Below are positions 24,303-37,080 of a stretch of DNA of 49,168 bases, in pieces. A program made the translations under genes and the position numbers. The stretch spans positions 36,050,461 to 36,099,628 of the forward strand of contig NC_068986.1 of assembly GCF_001194135.2 (NCBI RefSeq). Reading direction: 5' to 3'. Source of the stretch: Octopus bimaculoides (lineage: Eukaryota). Position 1 is the stretch's first letter. Each line of letters opens with the position of its first letter. The notes under the pieces were generated by a model that did not search any database, had not been told where the DNA came from, and saw nothing but the letters and a program-made list of their open reading frames with translations.

Positions 24303-24929
24303 ATTGATATGTATTTATACAAATGTTCCTTCTTGTATGTGTAAACGAAAAATGACTGGGTAACAACGTCAATCAATTTGGTGTTTATTTGCATTGCAAG
24401 GGAGATAATCTTATAGTCGAGAACCAATTATTTTATTTTTTAATAACCTCTTTAGTGAAGTGAATGGAAAGAAATATACTACAAAATCTTTATGCCCGTA
24501 TGTTATTAAATTACTTTTCATGTTAGTCTCAAACAGAAACGTTAATGTTGTTATACAGCTGCTATTTAGTTTTGGTTTCTTTACTGCAGTACAACAAACG
24601 ATTTAGTTACGTTAAATTATTTACTTGACAGTTTGCGGAAAGACAGGAACGGTTTATAATGAAAGTATTTTCCTGAGAGAAACTTATTATTCATCATAGC
24701 TCATTCGTTGTATAGAATGACAAAGAGGGAGAGAGAAACCAACGTTTTGTTTGTTTTTTTGTTTTTTGTTTTTTGTACAAGTTGAAATATGTTTCAGAAC
24801 AACACTAAATTACGCTCTTCCCTGCGAAAATAAGTATTGTATTTGTGACATTATAACTCAGCTACTTCTTAGGCAATACTTAAGCTCTGCTATAACAAGG
24901 GGAATATGTTTAATCCAAACCCTTTCCAG

Positions 24930-25420
24930 TTATATGTCGTAAGATCCCAGACAAACTGAACGAAGGGCTAGTATGAGAGGAAGCAGAGCTGATGCTAAAA
25001 ATTATAGACCTATCTCTCTGACCTCGGACATCAACAAATTCATGGAACGAATATTCCGCAAGAAACTAATCGCCTTCTTTGAAGAAAATGACTTGCTGAC
25101 TGACACCCATCGTAGATTTTGACCAGGTAGAAGCTGGCTAAGGCAGCACTTGCAACACTACGACTGGGTGTTAAAACAGCTACTAAAAGACTCAAGTGCG
25201 GATGGGATATATCTCGACCCTTGCTAGCTATGCAGATGAGGCAAAAGTCTTTCCGACAATACAAAATTCTGGAAATGCTGGAGATCTGCAACGGGAGTTG
25301 GACGCGATATACGGGTGTGCTGAGGACAATAACATGCAGTTTAATGCAGGAAAATTCCAAAACCTGCTCTACCAGCACACAAAGCTGAACAACATGCAGA
25401 CGGGTTACACTGGTCCCTAG
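24930..25420 (+). mobile_element. CR1-clade LINE RT fragment with an internal deletion
   Basis: GSRADAKNYRPISLTSDINKFMERI...ENDLLTDT.RF*PGRS...LQHYDWVLKQL...DGIYLD is joined at ~25219 to LASYADEAKVF...DLQRELDAIY..AEDNNMQFNAGKF. Confidence 0.88.
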
Positions 25421-25464
25421 TAATTGCATTTTCACTATTCCTAACCTATCTACACAAACGCACA

Positions 25465-25672
<208 letters not shown>

Positions 25673-26363
25673 ACATATATTGAAGAAACTAACAAAGATG
25701 GCGTGAGAGGAGTTGTGCTTAATATATTATTTATGAAAGCGATATACCGCTTGGTATTTTAATGATTTCTGATGTTTTTAATCAGAAACTTTAAATTGAA
25801 ATTTTATTGACTAACTGAAAAGGTTTTCACTATTAATTAAATGTGAATTATATTTAGGTTACATTACTTCATTAAGGGAAGAATGCATGTCTTAATTTCT
25901 AGGGAGATGAAATATGATTTCGTATTTATTACCTGTGAAATTTATTACCAGTTAAATAATAGAGCTAAATGAAGACGACACCATGTTTTTCAAGTCAGAA
26001 CATATTACCAACTGAGTTAAATATAATTTTAATTCGAAATATTTTATTAAAACTAAAACGGCGGGAAAAGGTAGCATGAATGTGTATCCAAAATGGACAA
26101 AGAGACAAGAAATCTTTTTTCTTAGGGGTAACTTTTATACGTACGTTCATTTTAAATAATTTCAAAATCTATAATTGTTAGTCTTCTGCACAACGGAATT
26201 TACAATTTCAGTACCGAAAATATCGTTAGATATTCACTCTGTCTCCGGTATAATGATAAATTCAACTGAAATTCCCGCATTGTTGCTGTCAAACGAATGG
26301 AGAAAAATCGTTGCTCTTTTTCCATACAGAGCTAGTAAAATGCTCACTTCTGTGCTATCACAA

Positions 26364-26460
26364 ACATCATCATCATCACTACGACCATTATCATCATCAT
26401 CATCGTCATCACTACGACCATCATCATCATCATCGTTATCATCATCATCAACCTCATCTG
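26364..26460. repeat. Degenerate (CAT)n tract with a duplicated CATCATCATCACTACGACCAT unit
   Basis: Direct reading; accounts for the poly-Ser and poly-Asp ORFs in the track. Confidence 0.9.
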
Positions 26461-27164
26461 ATGATGAAGGAAAGTCAGAAATAAACTGCTGCAACGCTAT
26501 ATAAATCATCCATTTGAGACTTGAATTATCCCACGAATAAGGGCTGCTTTCCCATAGTTGACGAAGTACACATTCGGATCTCAACTGATGGGAGCAGTAT
26601 GCATGTTAAGATTTTGAAGCATTAATTGATGATGACCGCCGTTTATTAATTGATATACCATAAATCACTAGTAATTACAATTACTAATTCCTATGAAAAT
26701 GGATACGATTGACAGTTCAAATGAAAACATTTCTTCAAATGTAAATTCTGTACAGATCTATTTAAAACTGATGAACTTGCCCTTCAGTGATACCTTGTAT
26801 AGTTACAATTATGGAATTAATTAAAATTAAGATAATATGCTTTTTAAAATTACAAAAAACCTTGGCTAACTTTTGAAACATGTAAGTTGTGATAAGGAAA
26901 CCTATTTGCATTACTACCTAATACAGTGTTTGCAAGCAAAACCGTTATTTTCAAATTACCAGCTTTTATAACCGTTACAATAACTCTTCAATGAAAGACA
27001 TTAAACCTACTCTATACACGCAAATACGATGTCATTTATGTTCTCTCCCAAATACCTCAAATGTTTAGTATTTTTATTTCTCGCACTTCACATATCCATA
27101 TTTTTAATCATATCATATCTGGTTCTTTCATTTATCCTCACACTATCTTACACCTCTCTCTCTC

Positions 27165-27226
<62 letters not shown>

Positions 27227-27609
27227 GCGCGCACACNNNNNNNNNNCTCACTGTTAATAGAGATAGTTCTTCCTGCAATATGTGTATTATATAAGACATA
27301 TTTCAGCAAATAAGGCAAGCAGCAAATAAGATTAATACTGATCACCATCAACCGTAATGAAAGGATCTGGCGCCCTCCATGTTCTATAAGTTCAACTCCC
27401 AAAAATTACCTCTTCGGAGAAAACGGTTTGATGGGGGAAAGAAAATGGCAGAGCACAAGTGAGAACAATAGTACACAATATTTTTTTCAAATAGAAGTAG
27501 CCTTAAATGATAGTGCAAATGCATCAGATGTGATGTGGACTGTACAAAATAGCACATTTACATATTGAAAAAGCTACTCGGAAATTATTTGCAGTTTGAG
27601 CATCCTATG

Positions 27610-27649
<40 letters not shown>

Positions 27650-27974
27650 TTCCTGTCTTGTTNNNNNNNNNNNNNNNNNNNNNNNNNNNNNNNNNNNNNN
27701 NNNNNNNNNNNNNNNNNNNNNNNNNNNNNNNNNNNNNNNNNNNNNNNNNNNNNNNNNNNNNNNNNNNNNNNNNNNNNNNNNNNNNNNNNNNNNNNNNNNN
27801 NNNNNNNNNNNNNNNNNNNNNNNNNNNNNNNNNNNNNNNNNNNNNNNNNNNNNNNNNNNNNNNNNNNNNNNNNNNNNNNNNNNNNNNNNNNNNNNNNNNN
27901 NNNNNNNNNNNNNNNNNNNNNNNNNNNNNNNNNNNNNNNNNNNNNNNNNNNNNNNNNNNNNNNNTATATATATA

Positions 27975-28490
27975 TCGTTACTTCATCCCTATACATTCCA
28001 ACTCCCTCGCTACACATCTCATCCCTTAGACCTCCACACCTTAACACCACCACCCACACCACACCACATCACACTTCCCCGTACACACCAGCACTGACCA
28101 CTTCCCAGCAACTAAACCATCATCCGCACACCGACACATGCATACACGCAGACGTCAAGGTTACCAGCCCCCTTCCACACGCACATACATGCTCTCACAT
28201 ACTCACGCACGCACACCTTCGTTTTGGGATCAACACCACTTTATTATCTCCCTTTCTTCCTAGCTCTCAAGTGTGACCCCTCTGTCCGGCATTCGCATGA
28301 TAGATCTCTAGCCACTAAACTTTTTCTATCTATTTTCTCTCCCTGTTTAGTTCTGTGTTACTTTCTGTCGAAGAACGTAGGCCCGAAACGTAAAAGACAT
28401 TCTCAGTTCCCGAGCGTGAAACTAATACATCTGTTTGTTGTTTACACACCCGTCATCGTTTTTATTTTCGGTTTGTAAGTTCTTACAATA
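27975..28490 (+). mobile_element. Penelope-like remnant: CA-rich segment followed by a terminal hammerhead-like motif
   Basis: Starts right after (TA)n with TCGT; contains CTTT-CTGTCGA-A-GAAC-GTAG-GCCC-GAAA-CGTA-AAAG (28361-28396) followed by TTCCCGAGCGT...CTAATAC. Confidence 0.55.
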
Positions 28491-28559
28491 TACAGATATA
28501 TTGTATAGGTCATATGACGCTTAAACTGCAAATAATTGTAACATAGGTCTAAGATTTGC

Positions 28560-28716
28560 ATACTCTTTACTTGTGTCTGTCATTTGACTGTCGCCATGCT
28601 GGAGCACCGCCTTTAGTCGAGCAAATCGACCCCAGGACTTATTCTTTGTAAGCCTAATACTTATTCTATCGGTTTCTTTTGCTGAACCGCTAAATTACGG
28701 GGACGTAAACACACCT
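28560..28716 (-). mobile_element. Family B SINE 3' fragment (5'-truncated)
   Basis: Closely matches the 12490-12640 tail. Confidence 0.9.
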
Positions 28717-28984
28717 ATCTTAAATTCCTAATGCTGTCCTTATATTAGAACTAACAAGTGTTCTAATTTCGGCTGAAAATTTAAATTCCTAATGACTACT
28801 AATAGATTAGATTAAGTCCTGTACATGACGTGTATAACCTTTTATCGCATTTATTACAAGGGATTTTATGCATAGCTCTCCCAATAAGCTAAAGCAGAAG
28901 TAATAATACTACGCGCGGGTGCGTTAATGCATATGTATGCGTAGTGTGTGTATATATATATATATACATGTCTATCTTTTGAAA

Positions 28985-29305
28985 AATTTGGTTTCCAGGT
29001 ATGCAGTTTGGGATTCAGTCCCGCAGCACGGGATCTTGGGCAAATGTGTTTTACAATTACCCGGGCAGACCAAAAACTTGTGAGTGTACGTGGCAGACAG
29101 AAACTGAATGAAGCCCTTTTGATTTTGTGTTCCCTGATCTACAGCAGGTGATGGTCGGTTGACATACCAGAAACTTAGCAGTTCAGCGAAAGAGAAACGA
29201 TAGTATAAGAACAAGGCTTAAAATAAATACGGGAGTCAATTTTGCTGACTAAAACCCTTCAAGGATTGGCGCAGTATGTCCACAGTCCATCGACGGAAGC
29301 ATGTA
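28985..29305 (+). mobile_element. Old, decayed family B SINE lacking an expanded internal microsatellite
   Basis: GATTCAGTCCCGCAGCACGGGATCTTGGGCAAATG...CAGACAGAAACTGAATGAAGCCC...CTTAGCAGTTCAGCGAAAGAGAAACGATAG. Confidence 0.7.
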
Positions 29306-29399
29306 GAAGCTAAAATGTATTTATTTAGATAACCCTTGTACAGATGTTTCCATAATAGATTTTTTCGAAAGTATTTCAAAATGAAATATTTGATTATAG

Positions 29400-29585
29400 G
29401 TTTCAAATTTTAGCACACGACTAGAAACTTTGGAGGGGGGATAAATCGATTACATCAACTCCAGTGTTCAAATGGTACTCATTTTATCGACCCAGAAAGT
29501 ATGAAAAGCAAATCTGCGAATTTTGAACTCAGAATTTAAAGACGGACGAAATACCGCTAAGCATTCTGGCAATTCGACGCCTTTT
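29400..29585 (-). mobile_element. Family A SINE with a ~20-bp deletion in the head
   Basis: The reverse complement contains ATGCTTAGCGGTATTTCGTCC, GAGTTCAAAATTC and GGTCGATAAAATGAGTACC. Confidence 0.8.
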
Positions 29586-29618
29586 AAATGAATATTTAAT
29601 TACATATAAATAAAAATC

Positions 29619-30246
29619 AGGCGAGTCTCTGTGGTAAGAACCTTGATCCCCAACCACATGGTTCCAGGTTCAGTACTACTGCGTGGCACCTTGGGAAAGT
29701 GCCTTTACTATATCCTGGCGCCCACCAAAGTCATGTGAGTGGATGTGGTAGACGGAAACTGAAAGAGGCCTGTCCGGCCAGCCATGGATGTTTCTTTCTT
29801 GGTCTGATTGCCGACCACCAACACCACTTATGTCCATCTCCTATGTTCCTGAATTTAGGCTTTCACTTCATACACACCAGCTTAATTTGATTCATTCTCA
29901 GTCGAAAGGCACCTGTTGTTATTTCTTGTTGTTTGCATTCGTAATTCTGTTCCATGTTCTCCATTTTTTGTTTCTTTGTTGCCGTACGCATTCGCTAGCC
30001 TTCTTACAAAGGGTTCTCGACGTTTTGGGGGGCAACCAGATCGAACCATCTCAAGCGTAACTGCCCGAAATAGTCGTGACTTCTGGAACGTGACTGAGGA
30101 AAGAAAGCCTTGAATGACCCGTCTTTTTTTGCCTGTCCTTCTTATTGTTGTTTCTTTTGTCCGCCTTTGTACCGTCTATCTGTCTGAATATTTTACTGTC
30201 CTCTATTGCATTTTTGTTCCATTTATAAACACACACACACACACGC

Positions 30247-30292
<46 letters not shown>

Positions 30293-30530
30293 GCATATAT
30301 TTATGTGAGTTTGTGTTTGTTTTTGTCCCTCCTCACCATCGCTTGACAACCCATACTGGTATGTTTACGTCCCTGTAACCTAGCGGTTCAGCAAGAGAGA
30401 TATATAGAATGAGTACTAGGCTTACAAAGAATAAGTCTTGGGGTCGATTTTTTCGACTAAAAAAAAACCTGTTTAGGTGGTGATCAGCATGGCCGCACAC
30501 AAATGACAGAAATAAATAAAAGACTATAAG
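29619..30530 (+). mobile_element. Family B SINE split by a ~455-bp insert: head 29619-29773, insert ~29774-30228, microsatellite, tail ~30292-30530
   Basis: The head ends at GGAAACTGAAAGAGGCCTGT, exactly where the internal (TA) tract begins in the 12482 copy. The tail resumes at TGTGTTTGTTTTTGTCCC...CATCGCTTGACAACC. Confidence 0.8.
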
Positions 30531-31921
30531 GAAAAAGAATATATATATGTAATTATGTGTGTGTGTGTGTGTATGCATATATATTAAAACATATATATAC
30601 ATATATTGTATAAATGTAAACATATGCATATATCTAAATACATATTTAAATGCATGTATATGTTTATGTATATCTTTATTAAGACAAAAACACACATATA
30701 TTTACATATTTCTGAGTCTGCATGCATGTATGAGTGTTTATACGCACACACACAAGCACACACAGACACACATATGCTTATATGCATACACATTTAAAAA
30801 TAAGTGTACATGCACGCACACACACACACACACATGCAGGAAATTCGTGAAGCAAATTGTATCACCAACTACTGCATAAAGGAGAAATATGTGAACGTAA
30901 GAAGAGAGAGACTATATTTAACCACAATACTATAATCATGTATTTGCTAGCAGCCTATACGTTACTATGGCAATCGTCTCTATATCTGTAAACGCCATGA
31001 CAGTTTTTCTACCGGAGCCAAATTTTGATTACATTCTACAGTGCATCGATTCATGAAAACATAGAAAACAGAGGCACATTAAGGAGATGCTAAACGAGCA
31101 TCGTTTTAATTTATTACTCACCTCTCTCTATAGAGGTGCCCCAATTCGGTTAATGGTGGAATTATGAGTGAACATTTTACCTCTAGCGTTATCCAGTTAG
31201 ATTTGCATGTAAAAATTTTTTAATAAATAAAATTTTAAAACGGTTTGTTAAAGCAAATAACTCGATAAGATTATCAACATAGATAAAGAAGGCAATCGAT
31301 CTTGGTAACCTGTCGTGTTTGTTTAAGATTACTCTAAATATAAGCAAAATATCCCTCAACTAATACTGCACTGTCTTGAGTAAGGTAAGAACATACAAGT
31401 TGATTTACGACTCGGTGTTTCATTGGCGAAAAGACAACGAAAAGAGGATCACAAGTGGAATGCTTTTCATCATAAGTGTGATCCACCAAGATTGACCTGT
31501 GGCTAAAAATATATACGCACACACTGTCACATTCACGCGGACATCTCTGTTGTCCATGTGCGTGTATATGTGTGCGCGCACTCGTCAATCCATATCCGAG
31601 CGTAAAAGAGTGGCAGAGAGCATGCAAGTATGGAGTGACAGAAAGACATAGCTAGATGGATAACAGATAGACAACACAGTGTGGGGGAAAAACATGATAT
31701 ATCAGATAAGGGAAGCAAGCAAAAACAGAAAAGAAAAAAGAAAAACAAAGACGCTTCCGTAAACGGATTGAGGCAGAGATAGAGAGAGAGGATGTCTATT
31801 GAGAGAGGTACGAAAGAAACGTAAATAACCGAACGAAGCTTTGTTTTCTAGTAGCCGTCCTATGTCTTTTTTTTTTGTTGCCATATCACAACTACTAACA
31901 TTACAGCAATAATATCTGCTA

Positions 31922-31973
<52 letters not shown>

Positions 31974-32316
31974 AGCAATAATAATAATGATAATTATTAT
32001 TATTATTATTTAACAATAAAAATATATAATATATCCTGATATTTCTACTATTGGTTATTCACCCATGCACTGTTTGTGGTAACTTTAATGAGAATTCGGT
32101 TATCGATCTGCACATTGATCGATATTTTTTCATTGATTGTTCTGTCCATTCATGTTGTAGTACAATTTACTACTACTACTCCTACTCACACACACAAACA
32201 CACACAACCTTATTTCTTTTTTACGTATCAAAATCAAGACTAGCTTTTTGCTTTTTATAAACGTCTACAACTTTTCTGATTTCTTGTTTTACGGTAGTAT
32301 GTGTGTGTGTGTGTGC

Positions 32317-32382
<66 letters not shown>

Positions 32383-32415
32383 NNNNNNNNNNNNNNNNNN
32401 NNNNNNNNNNATCTC

Positions 32416-32463
<48 letters not shown>

Positions 32464-32560
32464 TGTGTGTTTCTTTATGATCATGCTTGAATCTAATATA
32501 TATATGAAGAATAATGTTTTTCTATATCTGAAGTGTGTTTGCTTATTGTGTTGTATGCAT

Positions 32561-32566
32561 TTTATT
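32561..32566 (-). terminator. Candidate polyadenylation signal AATAAA for the minus-strand gene
   Basis: About 320 nt downstream of the candidate stop at 32886; weak evidence in AT-rich DNA. Confidence 0.25.
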
Positions 32567-32885
32567 GAATAACGACAGATGCTATAAAATGCACCTATTC
32601 GTGAGCGAGTACCTGGTTACACGTGTATGCTTGTGCTTGCATTTATGAAATGCATGTATGCCTAAATATACACACTTATAAGCATGGGCATATATTCATA
32701 CACGCAGAGTAAGTGAATGTGTGTGTGTTTGTATGAGAACAAAAGACAGACAACGTAGACAGGCAATCCCGATGAAACGAACATAAATAATTATAATCGA
32801 ACATCCGTCGTTAGCTAATACCATCACCACAAAAGAGAAACAAATCTTCCATAGCCCAGGGGTGCCATACATGTACTACAGGAAA

Positions 32886-33034
32886 TTAACTCTCTTGATT
32901 TTTACCATCTTCCTCATTGTCCATTCCTTCGGGTTGCTCAGCGAACCAATATTTCTCGTCTTCTTTAATCACTTTTCCAAAACAGAGTTCAGCACATGTA
33001 TCTCCATGCTTCCTTGAAATTATTTTTATTTCGC
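32886..33034 (-). CDS. Candidate terminal coding exon of a small uncharacterised protein
   Basis: Acceptor TATTTTTTCATTAG|; phase-1 frame (G)EIKIISRKHGDTCAELCFGKVIKEDEKYWFAEQPEGMDNEEDGKNQES*. Protein-like composition; the other two frames are closed. Confidence 0.5.
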
Positions 33035-34189
33035 CTAATGAAAAAATATTCTATATATAACCTGTATTGTTTTCAGAGATAGTTTTACACCAGGTTATAC
33101 TATTCATGATGTCTGATATGCTTGTTTGGATGTTCGGCTCATGCGCTTAAGTTCGCGTGCTCAATTCTTGCAACCGATGACATGTTGGGTCCTATTAATA
33201 TTAACCTGGTTTTCCGTTGATCCAAATACACTCTGTTCTAACGCCGGTGCTGCCTTCTCTCCTTCTCAGTCTGGATGTTTTGTTTTGTCAAAGTTGAGTG
33301 TGTCTATAACCTTCTCACGTCTACATAGACTCCTTAAACAATTACGAAAATGGAGGTACATGTTACCAAGCCATATTCGCTCTCGAAGGATGACTTTCTG
33401 TACTTAATTTCTTTTGATTCGATAGAATTTGAATTTTGCAAAGCAGGCCCTCGATGTCTTTCAGCTGTGCAATCTCACCCAGGCTTTCTCGTTTGGCTAA
33501 ATTTTTCATATTGTAGAGATGTCAGGGTGTCGTAATAAAAAAAAAACCCACTTAAATTTCTGCCACTTAATGTAACAGTGGTTGGCATTTTTTCCAATAG
33601 TTCCTTTCCGAAAATAATTTCGTTAGTTAAGCCTTCAGCATACTGAATGCAAAATTTCTCTTTTATAACGTTTCAAAACATTCTATAACGTTTTAAAACA
33701 CATTGTTTTTTTTTTATTATTTCCGGCAGTTCGCCTCAATAATTCATGCCAAGATGTGCAATTATTACATATCCAAATACATGTGGCCAAAATCTGACAT
33801 TGTAAGATGAATTAATCACTATACGATCGCTCGATCAGTTAAGAATAGCAGCTGAAATCTCTTAAATCTCTGTCTTAACAGTGAAATGGTCTCAATAGCC
33901 GGCTGAGCCCTAAGTTATACAAAAGCAAACTGGAACATATTAAGTTTCTGATATCGTAATTCGTATTTTGAACAACTGTAAAAAAACATCTCTATCCCTG
34001 TTTCCTTACTTTATCTCTCTGACTTTCTTTCTCAATAAAAACGTGATAAAAGGGCCAGAATTGTTTAGCTCTACGAGTGAAAAAAAGGACAAAATGTTTA
34101 CACTCAGAGATATACACACACACATTCATCAACAACTTTAGCTTAAACTACCATAATTTTCTTACATTTTTTTTTTGCAATCACTCAAA

Positions 34190-34400
34190 GTGGAGGACTG
34201 TGTCAGAACGTTCGACATTGATGTGGACAAATGGGGATATTTTCCGCGAACTGGAAACCTGTGTACAAAGATGGCAACAGAAAGAACTCTAGGAAAGATA
34301 TGTAAGAACCAGGCGGTAAAGCTAATGCAAGAAAAGGATTAAGTGGATTACGTTTAAAACCCAAGAACACAGAACTGAAAGAGCTGGATTAAACAGCGCA
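34190..34400 (+). mobile_element. Possible very old RTE 3' fragment
   Basis: DCVRTFDIDVDKWG...WKPVYKDG resembles the RTE C-terminal K..DID...W...A.DR..WR..V..G pattern; frameshifted. Confidence 0.3.
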
Positions 34401-35401
34401 ATTCATCTCATCGAAATCTGAAGCAATTCCACCAATTTACCACCATGAAATGGTTCTTTAAATTATAGAACTTGAAACAATGTAAAGTAAAATTGATTTC
34501 GGCGGGATTTGAACTCAGTTCGTAGAAAACTTGAATAAATACCACCAAAGCATGCTGTCCTCTACTGTAGCTACACCCTAAATGAGTAAGATGTTTCTTT
34601 AAATAATCAATAATATAATCACTGACGTTAATCTTGAAAAAATCGGAAATAACAAATGCAACAAAAAATACACAACGTCGGAATGTAAACACAAAATTAG
34701 GCAGGAAACGAAAATGAGATAAAAAGTTACGTAATATTTTCAAGGCCGTTAGATCCACAAATTAAAGTCCAGCGATCTACTAGTGAACGCCAACGTCCCA
34801 ATGATCGTCGACCTGCAAATGAACATGCTTGCTAGTGAACGCTGATTCACTAAAAATGAACGTTGAACAACCAGTGAACATCGGACAACTGGAAGGCTAT
34901 ATTCCATCAGGTCATTTATGTGTCCGCGGTACAGGTTGCCTCTCCCTTGCACGTAATATGCAAATCACTTTGTCTTGCTGTTTCAAATGTAGCCTGACAA
35001 ATACCAAGTGTATGGGCTCGGATCGAGGATACACACGGGAAACCTTTCGCTCTTGAAAAAATTGTATTGGGAATTATGAATATTGGTAACGATATTAGAA
35101 AGATATCGTGAAAAGAAATTCCCCTCTTGTGTTGCCTGTTCCTCCACCATGTTAGCGGATTACTTCAGGGACAAGTCACAAAAAGCCATTATCACATACA
35201 TATTCTCTTATATTCACTTGAGCACGTGCATACCAATAAAAACGAAGTGACGGCCTCACCCAATATGACAGCTTACAAAGACGCATGACATACGCAAGAT
35301 CGACATACAGCACACGGCCACATATTTTGAAGCATTTTCACGCAAGCGTACACAATATTTCTTCGTGAACTTAAATTTGAAATCAAATTGTCGATTTAGA
35401 T

Positions 35402-35620
35402 CAGTGGTTCTCACCCGGGGTCCATATGGCACCTGGGGTCAATATAAGATGTTTGGGGTGGGGTCCACACAAGCAAATAGTAAATTGGGTATCCACGCTA
35501 GTATTTTAAGGGTCCATTAATGAATTTTGCTTTTATACGTATTTATTGCAAGAAACAACTAGGTTTCTTTCTGTACAGTTTTGCATAGTTTTACATGATT
35601 GTAGCCATTGAAACATTCTC
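35402..35620 (+). mobile_element. hAT (Charlie-like) non-autonomous element remnant, left TIR only
   Basis: CAGTGGTTCTCACCCGGGG matches the CAGTGGTTCTCAACC.GGG terminus, followed by repeated GGGGTCC(A) subterminal motifs. No clear right TIR. Confidence 0.5.
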
Positions 35621-35810
35621 TTAACGGTGGAGGGATGACGCGCGCACGCGCGCACACTATATGCTTCCCGACAGTTTTTGTTAATGAAATTCACTACGAA
35701 AGCATTGATGGGTCTGTGACCATAATAGAAGATACTTGCCCCAGAATCCGTTCAGTAGGACTAAACTCAAAACCACGTGGTTTCCGAGAGCTTATCTACA
35801 CGCTGTCATG

Positions 35811-35847
<37 letters not shown>

Positions 35848-35978
35848 GATGTATGATTTAGATGTTAATCTGGCAAGAAAAAGTATCGTGCAGAACCTTC
35901 TTCCTTGGCATATATCTCTGGTATTATATGTTGGTATGCGTCTCTGTCTTCGAGCTTTTGCGTGTTTGTACCCCTTTC

Positions 35979-36054
<76 letters not shown>

Positions 36055-36699
36055 TATCTGTAATATATATAATCTTCATTTATTCTGTCACTCTGACATT
36101 TTATTCCTCTGTTCAATGACTATACTAGCTAGGAATTATATTCTTTCTCTTGAGTATTAACCACCAATTACAGTGTATTATTATAAGGCATTTAATGTCA
36201 AACAATGAATTTGTGGTACACAAGTAACACAAATAAATGATAGACTAACTCCATAAACGAAAGCAAACTGAATAAGAATGAGTTAATGAAGTGGCAGGGA
36301 GAGAAATTCCATTAATTGTGATGTTGGAAGTCAATTTGTTGTTCGTATTCTTGATGTCTAGATCCTGAACAAATCTAATCTCACAAATCTATGATCAAAT
36401 ACTTTCCCGCCAACGTCTTTTTAGAATCAGTTTCGCCACACCTTCAGCCTATGTGTTCTGACATATCCTCGGGTTAATCAAACCCTTTATGTGACAGAAA
36501 CTGCATGGGAGACTATAGTGAAGCAGCTGATCTTGTCTTTGTGTGTAGATTTGCCATGGGTATTAACTTCCTTCCTCTCACTAAGACATGTTAAAGATAA
36601 CCTTATATGGTGTCCTTTGCTTCTTAGCACGGTAGAGGGAGATGGAGATCTGGCAACTATTGCACGAAAGTCAAGCAAATGTGAACTCCCATCGTGGTA

Positions 36700-36949
36700 A
36701 AGATTCAGCCAGCTCGCCGCCTTGATAATAATGATAATCCTTTCTATTAAAGGCACACGATCTGAAATTGTGGGGAGGGGGCTAGTCGATTACATCAACC
36801 CTAGTATTTCGCTGGTATTTAATTTTATCAACTCCAAAATGATGAAAGGCAAAGTCGACTGCGGCGGAATTTGAACTCAGAACGAAAGACGGATGAAACA
36901 CCGTTAAAAATTCCGTCCGCCCTTTGAACCACTCTGCCAGCTCGTCGCC

Positions 36950-37004
<55 letters not shown>

Positions 37005-37033
37005 GGAAATTGAGAACTATCCGAGAGTCTTTC

Positions 37034-37080
<47 letters not shown>

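Noticed and set aside
26175-26584. Poly-Ser and poly-Asp ORFs
   Set aside because: Produced by the (CAT)n tract; the flanks are not protein-like and no convincing splice frame was found.
31123-31185. Minus-strand donor GAG|GTGAGT inside a 7-bp hairpin, as a possible further exon
   Set aside because: No good acceptor and no recognisable coding content.
34749-34952. Possible Tc1-like transposase trace (SRS.LDFNLW versus RSPDLxPLDFxLW) and CAGGGTGTC at 33524
   Set aside because: Too degenerate, with no matching second TIR or TA flank.
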